A stretch of DNA of 60,525 nt, filler included, from Sphacelaria rigidula (Eukaryota), in assembly GCA_964200075.2 (NCBI GenBank). It is 6 parts of 6 records of this genome, joined end to end, with 100 filler letters (N's around TTAATTAATTAA, not from the genome) between each part and the next. Parts side by side here need not be neighbours in the genome. Positions count along the whole stretch, not along the records: positions 50,523 to 60,525 come from CAXNAA020007336.1; 5 more parts are not named here. The stretch is one strand, 5' to 3'. The position numbers were made by a program, and so were the translations under genes. The notes under the pieces are model-generated. The model saw only the letters and a program-made list of their open reading frames with translations. It was not told the DNA's origin and ran no database searches. Positions 50,523-60,525 of the stretch are shown piece after piece (position 1 is the stretch's first letter; every line of letters starts with the position of its first letter).

Positions 50523-51374
50523 TTCTTTCTCTTTCTGGTGATATCGTCATCGACACGCGTGTACGTCGCATTCGTTGGGTGCACCTAGCCAGAGTTGCCT
50601 AACTTCTCCTGCGGAGTTTTGGGGAGGAAGATACTTTCGCTCTGTGTTACTCTTTCGTATCTTCCCTGCAATAAAGAAATGCGACTTCAGCCCCATTTTA
50701 GTGTTGAACCCCAAAATTTAAAATCGGCTGTTTATTGCTGTTTTGGTCGTTTTTGTCGGCTACAGTACCATTGTCAAAGCGCCTATCACCTTAAGCGCCA
50801 TCCTGCTTGCGATTTCGGCGGGTGGGCTTACTCGTAATGAGAGCTTGCCTTACGTTTCATTTCTTCGTACCATTCCCAAACATGAGCGGGTATCTCTGTC
50901 TTACAATAACCTCTATCTCTGCTGGGGTGGTGTTATCTCAATACAAGATTGTACGCTGCTCGTACTCGCAGTCGGTTGTGAGTACCTCTACTATCTTGAT
51001 GTGAGTATCCTCTACAGGCATATGTATCCCTGATAATACCAGTAGACCCACCATGTTGTCTACGCGTGCGAAAAATGTAATCAGATCTTCCTTCTTCGCC
51101 AATCTGTAGTTCGTTGAAAAGGCGTTTCCCCTTCGACTTTTTGGAAAGGGTTTTCGGCAGGAACTAATTACATGAGAAATGCCAACGTACGCTCGGGGAG
51201 TCTGTGTTAAATACCTTACCTAATAGTTCACGGTCCGTGATGCTCTCCGTGAAACAGGTCTAAGCAATACGTACTCGCCTTGTGATTGTCCACTGAAACC
51301 ATGATCGAGCAAAATCGGGAAGTTACCGAGGGATTCCCTACGGGCAGGTCAATGATTGTAGGAAGAGCCTGCAT

Positions 51375-51990
51375 GTGTGTGTGTTGTGTTGTCGCCCCTT
51401 CTATTCTGGACGCCGATCTATACCTTTCGGTATATGGGGGCGCACCAGCCGGGTCACACAAGAGGAAGGTCAGCGCAGGAGCTTTTTCTTTTTTATTCTT
51501 GTTTAGTACCCCACCTTCCTTCTGCGGTGCTTGCGACACTTTCTACGATAGCCCCCCCCCAAAAGTGCATGGTTTTGGGAGTCAAAATCTTCACGTAAAT
51601 CGAAATGGGAAAAATCGAGCACAATGAGAAGCCGGGAATTCCCACGCTTGGTTTCTTTCTAGCCAACATTGCCAATTGAGGCGCTTCATGCAGCCTGAAC
51701 TCGACCATCAGGCGCTGGATGGCCATTTTTTTCGTGACACTTTTAGCTGGTTTCGGGGGGGGGGCTATCGTAGCAAGCGTCTTGCCTTTTTTTTAATCGC
51801 GAGAGAGGTTCAGCAGTCCATTTCCCACGTCGAACTTTACGTCGAATTTTGTGTACCCACGACATACAGTAGTCGCTCTCCACCGTTGGGCATGATGTGA
51901 GAAAAATTTCCAGATCACTCCGAGATTTGAACCCACAATCCAACTGTCAGAAGGAGTCGAGGTTACCAACTTAGCCACCGGGGCGACCGG
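51375..51990 (-). mobile_element. tRNA-derived SINE interrupted by a MITE
   Basis: The minus-strand head GCCCCGGTGGCTAAGTTGG (A box) ... GGTTCAAATCTC (B box) is followed by a body shared with 33563-33778 and 57590-57662, and a (CA)n-like tail. Confidence 0.75.
51535..51781. mobile_element. Sola-like MITE nested in the SINE, TSD TTGC
   Basis: GACACTTTCTACGATAG(C)9 ... (G)nCTATCGTAGCAAGCGTC, with TTGC on both sides. The empty site is seen in the SINE copy at ~33635. Confidence 0.85.
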
Positions 51991-52434
51991 TTCATGCAAC
52001 CATTATATAGAGCAAAACCCTCGAAGGGTCTCTTCCACAACGGTAAATCAACGATTCTTCGTAGGTTGGGGACAGCAGTTTTGATGCTGCTTTTTTCCCT
52101 AGATCTTAAAGCAAGATTTTTACCTCCCACCCACTTAACGTCAAGGACAGCTGGCGGCAGGTTATCGATGACAACTCCACCTTTACGACCGGACACAGAC
52201 CTTCCCCGCTCCCCGACCCCAGCACCATCGAGATACGATGACTGCTCTCCACCGACGGATCCCTGTGATAGCCCACTTGTAGTCTACTCACTAGCCTTCA
52301 TGCGCGACGGTCTTTACTCCAAGATCCTGTTTGGCCTCGAGCAGCACCTTCAATTCTTCAACCATACTGTCTTGATCCGCCATCCCAGAAAGACGATTCA
52401 GTTCGAACAAATCCCCCAACGTATGTAATTGATT

Positions 52435-55400
52435 GTGTTGATCAGATGACGGTGCAGCAACAACAACCCGGTGCTGTGAGCCTCAACAGATTACTTCGCA
52501 GGCGATCAGACGACGGTGTAGTAATAACAACACCGTGCTGTGTGCTCAAGCAGATCACAGCCTTCTAGCAGTAAGTCTGAGGAAGACGAACAAGACCCGC
52601 TGCACGTCTTTATTACCATTACCTCCCACATAAAGGAAACGAGTGAGAGACGGCGTAAGTCACCACCCTGTCACGACTACTGCCCACGATCAAATATCTT
52701 TTGTCAGCGCAGCAGTCGCGACCAGATACGCGTATAGTTCCCAAATATAGGAACTCAGAACGATTCGCCGTTCCTCAAAGACTAGGAACCTTCTGAATAA
52801 TATTCCTAGAACACTCGCATACCCCGCAGCTTCCCCGCCCATTCGAGCTGGCTTCTGTTTGTGTATGAGCTATACTGAACAGACAGGACGAGCGTCCACT
52901 TCTTCATACGCCGGACGCCCATCACATACACCACTCAATCGATCCCGTCCCTATCCTTGTCCCTACAATCACACACCATCTTGCAGACGGTGGTGCGCCG
53001 GGGGAGAGTATCGGCTGTCGGAGAGACACCGACAACCAGGAAAAAGCTGCCGTGGTTCTTCTACGGCGGGAAGCACAGCAAGATGAAGAAGACATTCGAA
53101 TCGCCGGGACCCGCGGGCTACTGGCGCGTTTCCTTTTCGCTGGTGGACGGCACAGGCCGGGATATTCATATCGCCGAGTTGGGGGTAACCCCTGACGGGC
53201 GTGTCACCTCAACAACGTTTGCAAGCAGGGTATTGTAGCAGCCTAGTGTAGAAATTTGGCTGGTTTTGGGTGAGGTACAACCCAGAATTGTGCGGGCCAG
53301 GGATGGGGAGTTTCGTTCCGCATTCCTGGCCTACCCAATTCTGGGTCGTACCCCACACAAGACCAGCCAAATGTCTACATTAGACCCCCACCATACCCTG
53401 CCGGCAGGCGTTGCCATGGTGACACGCCCGTCAGGCGTTACCCCCAACGCGGCGTTACGGATGTCTCGGCCAGTACCGTCCACCAGCAAAGGAGACGTGC
53501 GCCAGTAGCCCGCGGGTCTCTGTGGAATGTCTTGTCTGTCTTGTTGTGATTTTCGCCGTGGATTAAGCCGGGCCGAGCATCGTTTTCCTAGTAGTCGGCG
53601 TCTTCCGGACAACCGATACCATCCCCCGGCGCACCATCATTTGCGTGTTGGTGTGTGATTGTAGAAATAAGATGAGGGGCGGGATCGATTGACTTGTATG
53701 TGTGATGGGGGTGTGGCGTATGCAAAAATGGACATTTAGTCCATGTGCACCTCCTGTACCATCGGCGGTGCGGCATAGAAAACAGAGAAACGAAGGAAGG
53801 AAATTCACGAGTCTTTCACGCATGGAGTATCTCAGGAAGCCATGGCCGTGCTTAACACCCATCTCCGCATGGTACCGTACCGGTGAAGTGAGTGAAGCAC
53901 TGTAGCGCATGTATCTACCGGTGTCCGCAGCTTAGCATTTGCTCTGTCCCATTTTTCACGCAGGCACCACGTCTGTACGTCGATACCAGCCCGTCGTGCT
54001 CCCAGCATTGTCTCTCGAACTCAAATAATCTCACGTGAGTGGATGACGTGATTCAAGTGATCGCCGTGTTGATCAGATGACGGTGCAGCAACGACAGTCC
54101 CGTGCTGTGTGCCGGCACAGATTACTGCCAGGTGATCAGATGACGGTGTAGCAAAAGCAGCCCCTTGCTGTGTGCTTGGACAGATCACAGCCCTCTTGCA
54201 GAAAGTCAGGGAAATACGGTGGTGTGTGTTCACGTCTTCATTGTCATACTATCAGCACGTGGGAAAATGGGTGGAGGAAGGTGAGGGAAACGAGTGAGAG
54301 ACGGCGTGAAGCACCACTCTGTCACGATTGCCCATGACTCGAACTCTGCTGTCAGCGCAAGAACCACAGCCAGATACGCGTGCAGTTCGCAGATAGACTG
54401 ACCGCGATCCAATATCTTCTGTCGGAGCAAGACCCACGACCAGATATGCGTACAGTTCCCAAATACAGGGAATCGGAACGATTCGCCGTTCCTCGAAGAC
54501 TAGGAACCTTCCGAAGAACATTACTAGAATACTTGAATACCCACAGCTTCTCCGCTCATGCGTTTTGGCTTCTGCTTGTAGATGAGTCATATTGAACAGA
54601 CGGAACCAACGTTCATTATTTAATAGGCCAGACACCCATCACATACACCACTCAATCGATCCCGCCCCTATCCTTATCCCTACAATCACACACTAACATG
54701 CAGATGATGGTGCGCCGGTGGAGAGTATCGGTTGTTCGAAAGACACCACGGTTCGGACGAACCATCGCCAGTTCGAATCACCGAATCCATAAGTTTTCAG
54801 GCCTGGTTGCTTGAAAGAGAGAAACATCTTGACCGCTGGTCCAAAAGATCTCCACGCAAATTTTGCACCATTCCACGTGCCTGGGCAGCGCATACCTGGG
54901 TTGCGGCGCTGAAAATAAAGCCTGGGGATTGATTCGTACGGTACGAATCAATTTCACTAAAACCAAGTAATTTCCAGACGAATCGTCAATTCGCCCGACC
55001 CTTGAAAGTCTCCGACTACCAGGAAGAAGCTGCCTGGATTCTTCTACGGTGGAAAGCACCACAGAAGACATTCCAATCACCGAGACCCACGGGCGACTGA
55101 CGCTCTTCTTTTCCGCTGGTGGACGGCACAGGCCGAGACGTGTGTAATGCTGAGTTGGGGGTAACGCCTGACGGGCGTGTCGCCATGGCCACGCCTGACG
55201 GAAGGGTATTGTGGGAACCTAGTTTAGACATTTGGCTGGTTTTGAGTGGGATACAACCAAGAATTGGGGGACCGAGAATCCTACTCTGGCCCACCGAATT
55301 CTGGGTTGTCCCCGACGCAAAACCAGCCACATGTCTACACTAGGCTCCTATATTACCCTACCAGCAGTCGTTGTCATGGTGACATGCCCGTCAGGCGTTA

Positions 55401-55686
55401 CTCCCAATGCGGCATTACGGATCTCTCGGCCTGTGCCGTCCACCAGCGACAAAAAAGTGCGCCAGCAGCCCGCGGGTTTCAGTAATTGGAGTGTCTTCTC
55501 CATCTTATGGTACTGTTCCAGTAAAATGATTGGACCACTGCAACGCATCTATCTGCCGGTGTCCGCAGCTGAGCATTTGTTTTGTCTAATGTTTCACGCA
55601 GGCACCAAGCATGTACGTCGAGACTAGCCCATCGTGCTCTGGGCATTTGTGTCTCTAGCTAAAATGATCTCACGTGAGTGGACGAC
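52435..55686 (+). repeat. Two tandem diverged ~1.63-kb units, each with a long internal palindrome
   Basis: GTGTTGATCAGATGACGGTGCAGCAAC at 52435 and 54066. Both units end ATCTCACGTGAGTGGAYGACG (54047, 55686). Confidence 0.85.
54747..55004. mobile_element. hAT-like MITE inserted in unit 2
   Basis: Same TIR and body as 35621-35869. Flanks AAAGACAC/AAAGTCTC (6/8). The empty site is at ~53021-53030 in unit 1. Confidence 0.85.
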
Positions 55687-56843
55687 GCCTTGTCGGATAC
55701 TCTTTTCCCTTGGGACGAGCCTTGCAACGCCCTTCCTGCCCGTGCTCGGCCGATGCCGTCGCCCCCTATCGAGACCTCGCCGTGTCCTTCTTGCTTCTTC
55801 TCCGTAGGCGTCATGACTCCCTCAACGAACGACCTCCAGAACAACCCCTTCTTCCTCTCCTGGGATCCTTCCCGCACGACACTTTCCGTGTCATCGCTCG
55901 GTTCGAAACCACGGTTGACACGCAACGACTTCCGTTGCGGATATGTACAACCCATCGCTGACTATTGAATTGTCTGAGCAGTACGTGGTTTTAGTGAACA
56001 TGTCGTACATGGCGCTGCTGGCGGAGCAAGCGCACGAGATAAGTTCGTTTTCCCGGAGGCGGTTGTACTCATGATCTTGCATGCCATAGTCATGAGACCA
56101 GTGACCTCGCATCCCTACCAAGCCGGGTAGGAGCACGCCGGGTCTTCGCCAGACCAGGCTCGCAATTAATCACCAAGCGTGAAGTGCCACAGTGTGTTCC
56201 GCGAGTCGAATGCAGTGTGAGCTGCACCCTGCTAAGATTGTCCGGCCCGGAGCGAATTGATTATGTTGCGTTTGGATGACAACGTCCAATAAGTTGCTTT
56301 ATTTTCTGGTGTCGCCATTTCCTGGAGGGGTGGGTCTTGGGAATCCAAGGTGCTAGGAGATCGTCGCCGGTTGCCCCGTAAAGAGCTCACGAGGTGGTGG
56401 AAATAGGTGTTTGGGAACACCAGGTTTGAGTGCGAGGCGAACCCCCATTTGGTGCGAGGTTCAGAGCAGGGGAAGGAGGTGTTTGCAAAACAACAAAATG
56501 ATCAAATTGATTGATTGATTGTCGTACTTTACTGACCCCCCCCAGGGATCCAGCCGTGGTCACAAATTGATGGACAACAAATGCGATGCGGTTGAGCTTC
56601 GCTGGGAGACCGACAGACACGTCACAAAGCACAAACACACAGCAACAGTATTTTTGTAGTGCTGACGTCAAATCACAATGAGATTCGAAATCGCTATACA
56701 CGCGCTGCATTGTAAAGTCAGCTCCTTCTTCTTCTTATTCTTCTTATCATAATTTCCGCACATTAGTCCGATCTCGCGAACCCGTGGTCACAGACGTTGG
56801 CCTGTCTTTCTAATATCATCCTTGCAATTCCTTACAAGACATA

Positions 56844-58783
56844 TTCCAATTTCACAAAGTAATTGAAGTTGGTTTCTGCTGAGGGTAAGAAATCGACTAA
56901 CTGTTTGTTTGCGACTCCGTTTTCGCGCCAGGATTTCTGCGATCTGATTCTTGCGATACTTTGTTTGCTGGATTTTTCCACTCTAAAACCCCTATTGATT
57001 TCGTTTTTGGGGGGATAACTTCGTCAAACAGACAACAAACGCATCCTGCTCCAAGGGGGATCTGGACACACAGCAGTTCCCGCTGTCTACCTAGTATCAT
57101 TCTCCAAATCGAAGTCTTGAGTGAGAACCCCCAGCGTTTGGTGCCCATGCACAAGGAAGGATGACCTTCATCTAGTATTATGCTCCAAAACGTACTTGAC
57201 AAGGGAGCAACAGCCCCGTACAGACAGTAGCAATGCTAGCGGACCCTACGTCCTGACAGTCTGTGACAGTCTGGCAGCCGGCAAGGTGGTTATAGTAGTG
57301 TCCTTCTAGCGATGTCAACTCACAGTGCACTGGAGTAGAGTTTGAAGGTGAGTATTTCGGCGATTGCCTTACCTGCAGTTTGCCCAGATGTTGCGGAGTT
57401 TTTCTCGATATCGCCGAGTATCATGACATAAATATACAGGTGGAATCGTAACAGACCCTCCGTTACATGATAAGTGGAGATATACCAGACCCTCCCTGCA
57501 TTATGCATAGAAATGCACCAACCGTGGACAAAATATTTCTACAGTCAGTACGAAGAAATTGTTAAAAGTCTACTGCGCAAAGTCAGTGTGCTGTGTGTGT
57601 TGTCGTCCCATCTATTCTGGATGCCGGTCTCCACCTTTCAGTATATGTGCGCGCACCAACCGCGGCTGCGTTACCACAGCTTCGCCCAAGATACAGGCAG
57701 TCATTACAGCGGCGCAGGCGACCTTTCACTCTTGTGTGCACCACCTGGGGCAAATGCACGCTGTAGCCGCAACATGGACAGCTTTACAAAAAAATATGAC
57801 GTAGCAACATAGCGCGTAGTGAGGCATGATATCCTGCGTACACGTTGGCCGCGATACAAGCGGGTGCATTCATGATGTGGCGAACTGCATAGGACAACGC
57901 GAAATCAATGCAGGACAGGGATAGGCTAAGGATATCGCGTCCTGCGGTGTGCTTTGTCACCCTGTACCCTCCCGCTGTACAGTGCGCAGGTAGTACCGCC
58001 GCAGGCGTTGGTTCGCAGTGTTGCCTTCACACCCAAAGGGTAACTAACCAGTGTATTGAAGTAAATAAAACGCACGGATTAAATTGAACACGCGGAGCGC
58101 GTTATTTTCGAGCAGCACCACGCGCGCTACTCGTAGCACGTGCGTGATTTTCCGTGTTGCCGTCATCATTCCAGCGTGCTTTTGCACTACAGCGTTGTAC
58201 TCCCCTGTGGCAGCCCGTCACGGTATTGCTCCTCATGTTTCACCACACTTTATTCGAAAACACGCAGAAGGGATGCCAGCGAGTCCAGCGTTGTTGCACT
58301 TGGAGGTGTGGTGTACCAGTTTTTTTTGTCTAGTACTGCTGATGCTGCGTGCTGTACCAAAAAGTATACCGTAATGGTTAAAAACGGATATGCATGATAC
58401 AAACGGCACCGACATGGACTGGTTATCATGAACTGTGAACTGTATACAAGGTGCGGGAAGCGTAGTCCTTGTCAAGGAATGCAAGGACTCAACCATGCTG
58501 CAGTACAGGCAGTTTTTATGTTCAGCATGAAACACGTGATTCGAACGAGGCACAAGACAAATCATTTACATTATAATACCTGGGCGTTTTGGTACTGGAA
58601 CGCGTCCACCAGTCCCTCTACTACCTGCCGTAAGGAGATAGATACCACGTGTAAATACAAGATGAATGAGTTACGGGTAGACCTTCATTTTAGAGTTGAA
58701 GGGCCCAGCCGAAACCACTCTGGTTTCGCCGCCGAAATCCGAGACCGCAACGTCAGAAACCCCGAAATAAAGTGAAATTGGAA
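56844..58783 (+). mobile_element. Non-autonomous ~1.94-kb element with 12-bp TIR TTCCAATTTCAC, copy B
   Basis: TTCCAATTTCAC (56844-56855) ... GTGAAATTGGAA (58772-58783). It splits a short repeat that is intact at 23305-23482. Confidence 0.7.
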
Positions 58784-59734
58784 GCGCTCTGGACACAGGG
58801 CAATCTATTGCCAAACATAAAAATAAGAAGAGAGACGCCATGAAAACATGTGAGAAGTAAGGCCCCCGAGTTCAAACGGGGAATAAACCCCTCCCGACAA
58901 CGTCAGGTCTGCCAAAAAAACCCAACTACCTTGAACTAAACTCGAGGCCGACCTTTTACAGAGAAGCGTCACTGCTGCATTCAATTTGCATTTCTCGATT
59001 TTCTCCATCGATTTCTATGCCCTCACTTACCCGTTCTTGGGGTCCGTGGCCGTCGGAATGTTTCCCGTTTCGGAGGGTGTGATCTCATGTGAGGATATCA
59101 CTACCTGAGGCACCATCGATCTCTCTATATCAACTCTCTGTCGGAATCGTGCGAGGCTAGAAGAGTATATCCTTGCTCATCCCGGCCCCATCATGACGAG
59201 CCTCGCTCGCATCCATGTCGGCGGAGGCTCGCTGGCTCTGAGTCGCGAAAAACGTCGGTATCGATGTAGGTAGAGAATAGTGCAATATCATCAAGTATGT
59301 GCTCTGCTTTCTGTGAATTGCAAGTCAGTTTGCTACTAAAACGGTGAGATCGCAAGGAGAGAAAGCGGCTCGACGATGGGGAGAAATGGACGCTTGTTCC
59401 ATGTGCACCGCGTTTGCCGTCAGGACTAATTAAATGAAACACGTTTTGCATCGTGTTGGCCTCACTTAGCGAAGGAAGAATGATTCTCAGTCTTCAGTCT
59501 TCTGCACTATAAAGACGGGATTTCCAAAAATGCGGAGTAAATAAATACATTTCACGGTTCGCACGAATCAGAGTTCACACGGGTTGACTCCCCATCACTG
59601 TTGAATGCGAATCATATACCAAAAATTCATTCGGTATGAATCATTGATGGTAAAGTTGTACGTTCAACGTAACACCACACGAATCATGGACTGAGAATTT
59701 GTGCACTTCAGGTAGTATCAGACGAATGAAGAGT

Positions 59735-60150
59735 GCAGAATATGTACGAATCCCACGTCGTGTATGAATCTTGGGTGGGAAACAGGTACACTTGATTCAT
59801 CTCGTATGAATCGAAGGTAGGGAACATATACGTACGATTCATGCTGCATGAACGGAGATCGGGAAACATGTACGCTTGATTCACTTTGTGTGCATGGGAG
59901 GTGAAGAACATGTACTGTATGCATGATTCATGCTACATGGACGGAAATTGGGAAACTTGTACGGGTGATTACGAATGGAAGGCGCAGAACGCGTGCCTAT
60001 GACTGATGCTGCATGGAAAGAATGAGAATTTGTGTACGCTTGTTTCACTACGTATGAATGGAAGGTGGAGAACATGTATCCATGACTCATACTCACGAGC
60101 GCGAGGTGGAATGTATGTACACGAACCACGTTATTCATGCTGCACGAATC
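59735..60150. repeat. Degenerate ~41-42-bp minisatellite, about 10 units
   Basis: Approximate unit GGGAAACATGTACGCTTGATTCATGCTGCATGAATGGAAGGT, starting at ~59778, 59820, 59861, 59904 and 59950. Confidence 0.75.
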
Positions 60151-60525
60151 ATGAGAAAATAAACACCTAAAAGAATCACTCTAGGCGCGCAGATGCGTGC
60201 TGAGCCATGCTGTACCGGACTGCCCGTGGACTACACAGTACGCTGCCGGCGTTTTCCGGAAAACTCCCGCGAGCATGCGAGGACAACTCGTGCTGGTGCT
60301 GTGCTCTTCGGAAGTGTTCGTGGTATTGTATACAGCATATTCAGGTCAACTGTACCGCAGAACACAACATGGAACCACAAAGGCTGTCAATAGCATAACT
60401 CGGGGGGGGGGGACTGGCTAGAACAACCGCTCTGGGCACGCAGACGCGTATGTTGTACTATAAACAACAAATTGTGAGAATTGAGGTTTAACTTCGAGAT
60501 GAGGCTCAAGCCTAAAACAGTGCTT

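Noticed and set aside
51905-51990. Functional tRNA gene
   Set aside because: A and B boxes are present, but the acceptor stem does not close and it is fused to a SINE body.
52000-52428. Decayed ORF possibly continuing at 55690-56030
   Set aside because: Protein-like on the minus strand but contains stops and no identifiable family; the link across the tandem units is unsupported.

Overview
Repeat-rich eukaryotic DNA. It is probably from a brown alga or related stramenopile; this is inferred from intron style and repeat types and is not proven. The window is not one locus. It is six contigs (10005, 10005, 10004, 10004, 10004 and 10003 bp) sorted by length and joined by artificial 100-bp N/TTAATTAATTAA linkers. 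Contig 2 holds a decayed Ty3/Gypsy retrotransposon (protease-RT-RNase H-integrase). Its integrase C-terminus carries a GPY/F module, a chromodomain and a further Tudor/PWWP-like domain, which is the most novel-looking signal here. Contig 3 ends in a ~6 kb array of a 44-bp hairpin-forming unit with higher-order structure. Contig 6 has two tandem ~1.63-kb units, each containing a long palindrome. The remainder is many MITEs (Sola-like with 4-bp TSDs, hAT-like with 8-bp TSDs, foldbacks), a tRNA-derived SINE family, a truncated LINE RT, and two probable spliced membrane-protein genes.
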